The position numbers and the translations under genes were made by a program. A stretch of DNA of 64,000 nucleotides from assembly GCF_006345805.1 (NCBI RefSeq), contig NC_042998.1:144026001-144090000 (forward strand). The letters are read 5' to 3'. This DNA is from Octopus sinensis (lineage: Eukaryota). Below the pieces are notes generated by a model. It had not been told where the DNA came from, did no database searches, and saw only the letters and a list, made by a program, of their open reading frames with translations. Each line of letters begins with the position of its first letter. Position 1 is the stretch's first letter. Below, piece by piece: positions 52,775 through 64,000 of this stretch.

Positions 52775-54537
52775 TTCAGAGAGAGGAAAGGTCAGATAAA
52801 ACAACTAATAAAAACAACCAAAGACTCTGGCTTTTTGTACAGAAGTTAGTAGAGCACTGCAGTTGTGTAGGTTGTGGATAATGGAGATAGCAAGGATTAT
52901 CTTAAATGTCTCTTAGCAATTCAGATTGTGGAGGATGAACTAAATTAAAGTGATGTGAATAAGTATAAAACATACAAGGATAGAATACATCTGAAATTAA
53001 TCCTGGATTGAACAGATCAAAGTAATTGGGAGATAATGATCATTATTATTTTAATGTCCAATATTTCCATGTTTTCATAGGTCAGCTGGAATTTATTGAG
53101 ACCGATTTTCTATAGTCAGATGCTTTTCCTGTTGCCAACTGTCACAAGCAAGGTAAATATTTCCCCATGGCCAGACTTGTGCAGATTACTGGAAATAATT
53201 ATGATGATAATGAATGACACTGCTTATATGTCAGTGACACTCATTTACAACAAATCATACAATGTCAAGACAAAGAGTCACAAACATACAATCTCACACA
53301 CCCACATGTGTGCGCGGAAAGTGCACGCACATGCATGTAATGAGCTTCTTTCAGTTTCCATTAACCTAATCCATTTGCAAGGCTTTGGTTGGTCTTGGGC
53401 TATAATAGAAGAGATTTGTCCAAAATGCTATATAATGGGACTGAACCAAAAACCATATGGTTGGGAAGCAATCTTAATCACACAGCATTGTCTGCCTGTG
53501 CCTCTGACTCTTAATGTACAATTTCAGAAACTGATCACATATAAATGTGGCATTTGTTAACTATAGTCACACATCTGTTCAAAACAGGAGAAAGAGAATT
53601 GTTGGCCAAAATGTTTTAGAATGTACAGCAAAACTGAGGTCAACCATCAGCAGCTTTTAAAAACCATAAATACCATTATAAATATTTATAATTAGATGTG
53701 TGTGTGTGTGTTTGTATAATAGTATGGATGGAATGATATATAAATATATTTTGGACATTTGCATATTGTTTGTTAGAGCTTTCTTCTCAGCATGCAATTA
53801 AAAAAACAGTGACAGCAACGACTGTCAGCTCATCAGAACGAGAGAAGTATAACAAATGAGCTGCTGGAGCTCATTTATTCTACTTACCTAATTTCAAATT
53901 CAACAAGTTTCCCAGTTTCAATGTTTATTGTCCAACTGAAACAATAGTGTGTGTGTATGCGTGTGTGTGTGCACACACATGCGCAAAATATGGGAGAAAG
54001 AAAATGGAATTCATGAGACTATTATTCATTACAAGCATTTTGACCCTTCATGTATCCAGTTTCTCCTGTAGATGAGTAGCAAACTACAACTACCAAAATG
54101 TATTCTGACCAAAATAAGCAAAATAGAGGTTAAAGAACGAAGTACCTTTTGACAAGTCACTGGAGGAGACACATCTGCATGTATGATGCACCACAACTGC
54201 TTGTACAGTATCTCAACTGCAGGGCACAGGTGAACGATGGGTTGGAATGATCATAGCGAATTACAGTAATGAATTCCATTTTCTTTCTCTCATATTTTAT
54301 AAACTTTACAGACATGAAGGAATCCCTGAAGTATATCCAGTGGCATTTACATCCATACTGTTGTTGACATCAGGTAACTGAATACAGTGAATGGGCTTTA
54401 AATGGCATACAATGTGAATACCCAAATGTTATATATATATATATAAATATATATAAATATATATATATCTGTATGTATGTATGTGTGTGTGTGTATATGA
54501 TAGAGAACAATGACTAGAATATTATTTAGAAACTTAC

Positions 54538-54622
54538 TTTTTTCTTTGTTTTTGTTTGTGTGACATCGATAATACCATCTTCCCGGTCTCCTCTGTACAA
54601 AGTAATCCGAACATATGGATCA
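54538..54622 (-). CDS. NEDD4: NEDD4-family E3 ligase exon, C2 domain: (S)DPYVRITLYRGDREDGIIDVTQTKTKKK
   Basis: 85 nt, tttcag acceptor and GTAAGT donor, phase 2 to 0. Translation matches the NEDD4/NEDD4L C2 segment SDPYVK...VQTKTIKK, and the exon boundaries fall where I recall them in vertebrates. Confidence 0.95.
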
Positions 54623-57255
54623 CTGAAAGAAACAAAAGTAACTTTTTAGCTTGTCTGTGAGTATATATGTATATAGATATATTTATATTACAAATGGATC
54701 AAATGACATTAATACTAGCATATGAAATAAAACATTGCAATAAATTAAACAAAGCAGATAACTGGCAGAATAAGCGTATTGGACAAAATACTCAGTGGCA
54801 TTTCTTGTAGCTCCTTTCAGTCTGAGTTCCAGTCATGCCATGATGATGATATATATATGGAGCCTTATCAACAACTCATGCTTTAATATCCATCAAATGT
54901 CATGACAAACAAATACAATTTCAATACTACAACTAAGTGGATAAATAGTAGATATAATTTGACATTACTCAAATCAATAATTACAGCTCTAGGTTTCTGT
55001 CAAAGCTGCTACTCATCATAAATACTTGCAGACATTGCAAATTCAAACTGCTCAAAAAAGACAGGTTTATCTCTCATATATATATATATATATAACATAT
55101 CGATCCAATAAAGATAATGAGGGTAGATGCTTGAGGTAATACTAACAAATTCAGTTGGTTCTGTAAGCTTTGCATATGAACTACAAGAATAGAAATCCAT
55201 TATAATGTGTGGAGATGTAATTATAAGAAATAGCACTGATCTCATTTATTTTTGTTGTTTCTCAACTGGTTACATAGGTTACTAGAAAGAGAAAGGATGG
55301 GTGGGAGGGAGAGGAGGGGTATGGTTCAATGATTCTACCTGTGTATATTGTTAACCAAAGGCACTGGCATGGCTGTGTGGTTAAGAGGCTTGCTTTGCAA
55401 CTAAATGCTTTTTTTTTTTGGTTTAGTCACACTGTACAACACCTTGGGCAAATATCTTCTACTATAGCTCTGGGCAAACTGGTGATTTGTGAATGACTTT
55501 AGTAAACAAATTGTGTGGAAGCTCATTGTGCACGGGTGTGCATGTGTGTGTGTGGTCTTTGTATCTGTGTTTGTCACACCTCCTCATCATTTGACAACCA
55601 ATGTTGGTTTGTTTACATCCACATGGCAGCTCAGCCAAAATGACTAACAGAATAAACACCAAACTTTAAAAAAAAACACTAAGTACTGGGAGTGATTTAT
55701 TTGACTAAAATCCTTCAAGGTGGTGCCCCAGCATGGCCATAGTCCAATGAATGAAAAAGTAAAAGATAAAAGAAAGAACAAATAGAAAAGAAATCCCCCT
55801 ACGATAAGGTGAAGTAATTGAGTAGTTTGTTGGTTAAATGCCCACCACCACTCCCATACATACAATGATTGTAAATTCTGAACAACAGATTAAATAATAA
55901 ACTGTCAAACATTTTACCAATCTGGAAAGAGAAAAATATTTAATTAAAAGTGAATAATTACCACTTTTGGAATTCTTTGACCAACACTTTCAATTTTTCT
56001 TTTTTGTATCTTTAATTACTATAAGTATAGAGTGGTCATGAAATATAAGTTCACCATTAATTAGATTCATGGCCAATTAGTGGGAGTATTAATTGCAATC
56101 TAGTAAGATGTTGTAAATATATGTTTCTAGACATAACAGTTGTAACTCCATGCTAATACTTTGTTGGGGTGGAGGTTACTGAATTGTTTTTTTACAGCCA
56201 GTAAAAGTAGCACTTAAGGTATTGAGAGGTGGTGCATGAAATAATAATGGTGATGCTTACACTTTCCCAAGAATCACTTGCAAGTACAACTTGGTAGCTT
56301 GTACCATATTTTTGCTAATTTTTTAAGGTAACTATGAAGTTATGACATTCTGTTGGAGCCTCCCAGCCTTGACCGAGCGGAATATTGAGGATGTGACCGC
56401 TGGAAAAAGGGAGAGGGAAGAGGTACACCAATAGCCAGCTGGTACTTATTTTCAGCTGAGTAAAATGGAACAATATGAAGTTCCTTGCTGAAAGGCATAA
56501 CACATTACCCAGACCAAGAATTGAACCTACAACCTTATGATCATGACATCAACACTAACCACTTAGCCACAAGCCTTCACTAATATGTATAACAGTGTAA
56601 TATATACATAAAGTGAAAACACACAGCTACACCAAATTATCAAGAAGAAGCACTCAGAGACAATTTAATAATGAATATAATTAATATTGCACAAGTCCAA
56701 CTCTAGATATGAGCACACAGACATAGAATCAAATTTGTTGACTTTCACATGAAACTGATGCAAAAGAATAAATAAATGTAGGAATGGTTATATATTTTAG
56801 GACCTCAGCCAAGAACACACTCCAACAAATTTTTGGTAGTTTTGCCCTTCAATACTGGGATACATTTATTGCTTCATGCTTAAATTAAGAAACCTCATCA
56901 AGGCAAACGACTCTCATTACTTTGCTTGTTATATTTGTAAGGTAGTGTATCTTTGCTTGTTATACATATAAGGTAGTAAATTTATAGCATACTTAACATG
57001 TGCATTGTTTAAAAGCTAAAAGCTGCAATTCTGTTTGGGAAAAAAATCTAATCTTTTTATAGACGTATTGTGCTGGGAATTTCTCTCATATAAAAATTGC
57101 AGCTTCTGGCTTTTCAGTGATACACATGTTAAGTTTGTTATATAAAATAAAGACTTTAATCAAGAGCTGTTTGTATTGCATAATTCAAATGCAAGGTAAT
57201 AATACTTAATGTGATATTTCCAAAAATCTGTATTGTAAGTTATCACACAGAAACA

Positions 57256-57666
57256 ATCATCGTTTTAACATCCATTCTTTTCCATGCTTGCATGAGTTAG
57301 ATGGAATTTTTTGAGGCAGATTTTCTAAGACCAGATGCCCTTCCTATTGCCAACCCTCACTTATTTCCAAGTAAGATAATATTTCCCCATGACCAAAGAT
57401 GTTTTAATGGAAGATTGGAAATGAATGACATCATTAGCATAACAATGACACTCATTTACAGCTATTATGCAATGTCAAGGTAAAGAGACAATAACATACA
57501 CACACATATATGATAGGTTCCTTCAGTTTCTGTCTACCAAATCCACTCACAAGACTTCAGTCAACCTGGGGCAATAGTAGAAGACACTTGTCCAAGGTGC
57601 CATACAGTGGGACTGAACACAAAACCATGTGGTTGGGAGGTAAACTTATCATACAACCATACCTGT
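57256..57666 (-). mobile_element. Composite SINE: tRNA-derived head, microsatellite, body and RTE-like 3' tail ending in (ATG)n
   Basis: Same architecture at ~7450-7800, 18228-18660, 36915-37350, 43170-43550 and 53038-53500. The tail shares CCATGCNNGCATGG with the RTE copies. Confidence 0.75.
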
Positions 57667-58769
57667 AACTATCTCTATAATATTTTCTCCATAAACCAAT
57701 GTGGTTTGAAAGTGTCCAACTCAGGTGATTTGATAATCACCAACATTCTGCTAGTTGAATCTAAATACAATCCTGCATAGAAAACAAGAACCTAAATAAA
57801 TAATGAAGAGCATTTCTGCTACTTTGTAATAAAACACGTTTCCATTAACAGACAATTGTAATATTGGTTTTAAGTTCATTGAGCCTAAAAGATATGAAAG
57901 AGAATTGTAGAAAACTCTCTCTAAAGCACTCCACTGATTAATACAATTAGATACTTAACTAATGCCTTGTAAAACTATCAACTGCCAAACCTCTACCGTT
58001 TCACAACTTACTGTCACTAACATTGCTGAGTAAAGTATGGTTAAGCCATTGAGTGCAATCATTCATGCAGTTGATCTGCAAGTAAAAGTAATGCTCCTGA
58101 CCCTGCCCCTACACCAAAAGGAAAACTAAGATGAGAGGATAAGAGAGTAAATATGGATGTAACCAGTTTAAACAAGTTATTTTCTCGTCGTGTTCTCTAA
58201 CACAGATTTCTGCAAGCATCTGCAGAGCAAACATCACTGAATGCTTCCCGTTAACATCCATTTTTACTGGAGAAGGCTGCAGTCAACGAGATGGAAAGTT
58301 TTCAACAACAGCTGGGTCAGAATATATCTAATATTGATTGAACTTCCCATGAGCTGTTTAAAAGTAAAAAGTATTGACAATAGATACACTAGTTGCAGCA
58401 GTAAAAGCAATAGCAACAACAGTAATATTAGCTTTGGAAACAACATATAAATATTAATGATTGTAAAAGAGAGGCTGGCGGCAGCAGCAGCAGTGGTAGG
58501 AATTAGAGCAATAATGGGTGGCAGCAATGTCTGATAGGAATCTTGTCACAACTCAATTTATAATTTTTACAAATCAAGATTCCTTAATGAATTGGAACAA
58601 TAGAATAAAATAGAATCTGCTAATGTTTGTTTTGTATTACCTCCACCATGGTTATTATTATGCATTGAAATTTAATGTTTAAAAATTGATGTTTTAACAA
58701 TAAAAACATATTCTAAAGAAAGTGAAATTCAAATATGAGACTCGCTTTTGTTCTTGCTGAGTCTGGAGG

Positions 58770-59480
58770 AAGTGGTAGCGGCCATGACCTTTAAAGACCC
58801 TTCAAAACCGATGAGATTGATGGTATTGATGTTAAGCTGTAACAGGTCAACACCTGCAGGAAAGATACCAGCAGAGAGACTTCAGTAAACAGATGTTCTG
58901 GGGGGAGAAGGAATGGACATAATGGTTAGTGTGAGGCTGGAGAGGGAAGTAGTGGAAAGACAAGTGGGTTAGTTATGCAAGAGTGATGGAAGTCTGAGAC
59001 CAGTCAGCTCAGAAGAGAGACTATCAGTTGCAATAGAAAAGACAGAAAGGAAACAGTAAACTTGTGAACCCTAAAATAAAGCATATCTGTTTGTTAAGGA
59101 TGGAATGCCTATGAGTTGAGTGGCCTGTCTGTGGATAAAGTTCAGGGTGTGTATGTGTGTGTGTGTGTGTGTGTGTGTATCATCAACACTGTCCCAGATG
59201 TAGAAGCAGCACTCCATTCTGGGCCTCATTCAAGCTTTGTGGAATATCAGCAGTTCTCGAGGGGACTGAAATACTTCTGGCACTGATGAGAAGGGCCAAT
59301 CTTTAGCATGTGGTCCTTGCTATGTTAAGGATGTACTTTCACTAGGAGGGATCCTCTTGAGCAACTATGAAGGCTGTAAGTGAGAACTGCTTGTGATTTG
59401 GTGTGGAGGAATGTTTTCTTGAAACGACAAGTGCCTGATGTTTTTGCAGTTAAAGACAGGTTGGTTTGTCTCCACTGAAG
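58770..59480 (-). pseudogene. Degenerate 3' end of a CR1/Jockey-like LINE ORF2, interrupted by (GT)n
   Basis: Minus-strand peptides KCQKYFSP..LLIFHKA*MRPRMECCFYIW and HYVHSFSPRTS..SLSAGIFPAGVDL resemble the post-RT C-terminus. Confidence 0.65.
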
Positions 59481-61025
59481 GATGTCAACTTCATGCAGGC
59501 AGACACACACACACACACACACACATGATCTTGTTGAACCAAAGCATGCCAACATGGAAAGTAAATGTTAAATTATGACATCAATTTATTGTCCACTTTT
59601 CCATGCTTGCATGGGTCAGATGGAATTTGTTCAAGCAGATTTTCTATGGATATATATCCTTCCAGTTTCCATCCCTTACCTGTTTCCAAGCAAGGTAGTA
59701 TTTTCCCATGGCCAAACATGTATTTCATGGAAGACTGGAAATGAATGCCATCAAGACTTGGGGGTGTGCAAGCATGCATGCGCACGCACACACACACAGG
59801 GTTCTTTTACATGGCTTTGATTAAATGCTAAAGGTGCTCATTTGTAGATCCCAGATGTTAAGAAAATTAAGGTAGTTGATCAACAAATATAAAACTTCTA
59901 AGAGTCAGTTCAATGAAAAGGCAGGAGGGACATGTAAGTAGTCTTGGCTGGACCACAGCAATGGCAAAAGTCCTTACAGGTGATCTATTTTCCATACGCA
60001 TTGTTTCCAGGTTCCAATGTTTGCATGGGTCAGACGAAATTTGTTGTTTCAAAGCAAGATGGTCTTTTCCATATGATCAAATATGTTTTTCATGGAAAAC
60101 TGGCAATGAACAATGTTGCTTGTATAACAGTGATGCTCATTTACAACCACTGTATACATGGACATGGATTTAAACATAGTAATTAGGTGACTTATGCTTG
60201 CAGATGTTGGAACTGTGTCAGTGAGACATATCTATGAGAGAGCTAAGTAAAGGACAATTTGGAAGAAAATCATCCCTTTATCCCAAACCTGAGAGTCCCC
60301 ATAACAATAATGAATTTATGAAGAAAAACAACTCACAAGGGAAATTGTGCCACATGCAAAGTAGATAAATACTAAAAAGAAGAAAAACTGTAACTCTTGG
60401 AGATTATCACTTATATTCCATTATCAATTATCATAAAAGAAAGATTGGTTATTTAAGGAAGAAAGCTTTCAGTGAACTACAGCACATTATGGTGGTGGTG
60501 GTGCAAGAAGTTATGTCACTAACTGAATATTCCTTGTTATAAACAAGAGGAACGGCTGACTGTTTTTGTTAAACTAAAACTGCATCTAACAGAATACTGC
60601 TTAGCAGAATCAGTTGATAGGTGTCCAGTAAACAGATGTAGAGGAATAGCTTAGTGAATTATCTTCAGTTCAGAGATAAAAATAGACAAGCTTAGGGTTT
60701 CTAGGTTTTCTAAAAATGTGAAGTGAGAACTCATTTCTAAAAGATCAGTGGATTTTTCATAAATAAATTTGTAGCAATACCTGATCATGGCCAGGGTTAG
60801 AGAAAGTATCAGAGAAATTCATATATGCCACATCTTAACTTACGCAAGTCCCTGACCTTGTTAGTGTTTATAGTACGTATCAAAAAAAGTTACATAACCT
60901 ACCTAACCTCCTTGAGAAAAAAAATAAACCACAGTACAAAATTAGTAACTTAGGAAGAAAATTATGGCCAAGAACTTACTACATACATACATTCAGTTTT
61001 ATAATATTAAGATATAGTGTAAATA

Positions 61026-61892
61026 CAGGGTGCAGTGAATATATTGTCCTCTAAATCACACAAAAATGAAAATAACACAGACATCTCATTTTAACAGATA
61101 TATTTACCAAAATTACATAAAAATATCTTGAAATACTAAAGAGTAAACCTATTCAATAAAATTGCCATTGGATTCAACCACAGCCTCCAGACGACTTCGG
61201 AATCTCCTGCAACTCTGTTGGACGGTCTCCTTGTTTAAGTTGGTGACTGCTGACAATCCTTGCCTTCAGTTCATCTTTGATGTTACAAGGAGTTTTGTTG
61301 GTCTCTCACTCAACTGCATCCCACACATAATAATCAAGGGAGTTGCAGTCTGGGGAGTTAGGTAACCAGATGTTAAGGGTGATGTGGCTGTAGAAACTGT
61401 CTCACAACCACAACTGGGTTCTCTTACTTAGTGGCATGGTGCAGAGTCCTATTGCCAGACATAGGGTCTTTCAGCAGCCACCCTCTTGACCCAGGGCAGC
61501 ACTACCTCCTCCAGGCACTTGATGTTGGTTTCTGTGTTGAGTCTGAGGCCATGTGGGAAGGTGAATGAAGGTATAACATTGCCATCACTAATGATCACTA
61601 CAAACACCATGATGCTGAGTGACTGTTTGACTTTTATCACTCTCAGTACATGTCCTCAGATTGACACCCAAACACTCTGAAATGTTCATATTCGAGCTTC
61701 TGGCACAAATGCCAAGCAGTACGACATGTTTCCAAATGTCTGGCAGAGTGAATTGCGTCATGGTGCTGTTTTTCTCACAGACAGTGCCCAACAGACTCTA
61801 CTATACTGTGTAGTTAACAAAATCAAAAACAAACACTACACATGCATGAAACAAAAAATATAAAATGGTGACAATTTACCCATTGCACCCAG
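61026..61892 (-). mobile_element. Internally deleted Tc1/mariner DD37D (maT-like) element
   Basis: Imperfect TIRs cagggtgcagtgaatatattgtc / gacaatttacccattgcacccag. Peptides include GLRLNTETNIKCLEEVVLPWVKRVAAERPYVWQ and RSRLEAVVESNGNFIE*. Confidence 0.85.
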
Positions 61893-64000
61893 TCTATTTT
61901 TTAAGTGAAAAATCCTGACATTACTGAATGATTTTGTTCTAGACAAAAGCAGAGGAGTTTAAAAATGCCTATAAAGCCAATTGTATACCAAGAACTTAGC
62001 AGTCATCGCTGAATCATTGCTTCACAGCTGCAGGATTTCTGGTTCAGCCTGGTTTTCCATGCAAGCATGGATTAGACAAATATATTAAGGCATTTTTGTT
62101 TACAGCCAGATGCCCTACTAGTTGTTACCCTTTACCTGCCTTTTAATTAATAGGTCCCTTACTTCACAGATCCTTAAAGTAGACAGTCAGCAGAAGATTT
62201 GTTGACAGGAAAATAACATATGCTGTTGAACCATCCAATCCATACCAACATGGAAGAAAGACATTAAATGTTGATGATATAGTAATAAAGATGTAACATC
62301 ACTTGCAAAATCTGATCATAGTACAGCTATAGGGTTTATAGCAGATGCAAACCACAGCACCAAAGTGACAGCACAACTTTGACCATCCTAATTAGGAGAC
62401 TTAAACTACATGTACTATAAATGACTTCCATGTTGAGAACAATAGATGAGCATCCAATTGTTAAATCAACTGAATTACCTACTAAATGAATTAGCATGTA
62501 AGTGGATGAGTATTCCACTGGCATGATTCTCTAGCAGATGATACATAATACAAAAGTTAGACTTTTAATTGCCAGTAAAGTCCATATTGTGGACTTCTAT
62601 ACAATATCCAGCCTCCCAATTTCATTCAGAAGGCTTGGTTGACCACGGCTATGGTAAAAGATACTTGCCTAAGATTCTAATCAATGTGAATGAACCCAAG
62701 ATTTCATGATTATGAATGAAGTGAACTTCTTACCCCCCCACACACACACACACACAATCACATTAGGGTTGGTTTCTACAATTTGTCTTTGAAGCTTAGG
62801 GTGAAAATTAGTCATGCATGAAGTAGCAAGAATGTCCCAATTATAAATTTTCAAAAGGAACAGGAGGAAAAGAAATGGAATGCCTGTCATTACAGAAAAA
62901 AATATGAGGCTGCTGAAAATAAAATCAATGATGGATACCAATTCAAAAATCCACTTGTTAAATCTGATTATGTGGTTTTAAAGGATGTACTAAACAGAAC
63001 ATAGTAGGTGGGGTGAGGAAGAAGTGGTAGAAATAAAGCATGGTTATTTTAGCTTAATATTTTATTTATTATATTTGTTGAGGTTTTTTTTTGGTATTTT
63101 TTCCATTAGCTTTCTTTCCAGAATGTGCAAACATTAATAATTAAGTGTCAGTTGGCACAAAATTAGATTTTGTGCAGCACATCGGGAAACACACACAAAT
63201 ATAAAATGTTAAATATAATTTGTTCATAAAAATGTATACTAAGAGAAACACAAGAAATTAATGCGTGTGTATGTCAGAGAGAGAGAGAGAGAGAGAGAAG
63301 AGAAAAGAGAGAATGAGGAAGAGAGAGACAGAGAAACAGTGAATTAGTAAATAAGAGAAGAAGAGAGAGTAGTAGTGAGGGGGTAAGAAGAAGAAAATGC
63401 TTTCAAATTTTTATATATTGAAAGCTAATAAACAATTTAGCTTATTCAACTTCAACAATCACAAACCACCAACTTCTAGAGCTAGTGCAATAATAACTAA
63501 TGCTACCATTGCAACAACTACTAAATCACTATTATTTCTAGGTCAAGTACTTGAATCTTATGTCCTATATGTGATATACACACACACACCGAAGCGCAGT
63601 GGAATTTCTGCAGTCTTAGTTGTTGCTGCAATCAACTTTTGCTTGTTCCTCTAGGGAAAGACTAAGATAGGCATGAAGCATTTACTGGGGTTAGTTCAAT
63701 ATCAAACTAGGTCCATTCATTTCAAATTTGTGGCCTCATGCCAGTTTTATATATATATATATACACGCACACACATTTCATTCAATGTGGTTTATACTAT
63801 TCTTGAAGTTGGACTTTTATATATAAACACATTTATATACTTCCACAAAAAAAAAAAAAGATAAGTTATTTGCCAGCTGTTATAATGGAATGCTATTATT
63901 AGACTGTGGCACAGGCATGACTGTATCGTATAGAAATTTGCTTCCCAGTCACATCAGTTTGAACCTAGTCCCACTGCATGGGACCTTGGACAAGTGTCTT

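Noticed and set aside
58205-58350. Protein-like plus-strand stretch after an acceptor-like site
   Set aside because: Stops in all frames within a short distance and no identifiable homology.
60830-60870. Minus-strand GTAAGTT donor as the missing upstream C2 exon
   Set aside because: No RILRVKV...KKDIFGAS-like translation nearby, so that exon is probably beyond the window.

Overview
Eukaryotic, AT-rich, repeat-dense genomic DNA. The repeat families resemble those I recall from Octopus/coleoid cephalopod genomes (inference, not verified). The window is the interior of one minus-strand gene, a NEDD4/NEDD4L-type C2-WW-HECT E3 ubiquitin ligase. Nine exons (54622 down to 969; 889 nt, all GT-AG, phases consistent) encode most of the C2 domain, two adjacent WW1-like domains and the following linker. 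The first exon(s) lie beyond 64000; the remaining WW and HECT exons lie before position 1. The introns hold three RTE-clade LINE copies, tRNA-derived SINEs (some sharing the RTE 3' tail), piggyBac-type and foldback MITEs, two decayed Tc1/mariner elements, a CR1/Jockey-like LINE fragment and a 4.6-kb degenerate (TA)n block. Nearly all ORFs in the supplied track are spurious. Most interesting: (1) a long fold-back element family (33.2-33.8 kb and 52.35-52.77 kb) carrying a minimal type I hammerhead ribozyme motif, Penelope/retrozyme-like; (2) two ~98%-identical inverted RTE copies in one intron, whose 3'UTRs are variable-number arrays of 61/62-nt double-hairpin units; (3) a tandemly duplicated, skippable WW1 exon, with the upstream WW carrying Ser (AGC) at the conserved Gly, one A-to-I edit from consensus; (4) candidate alternative or poison exons, including a possible C2-less start exon.
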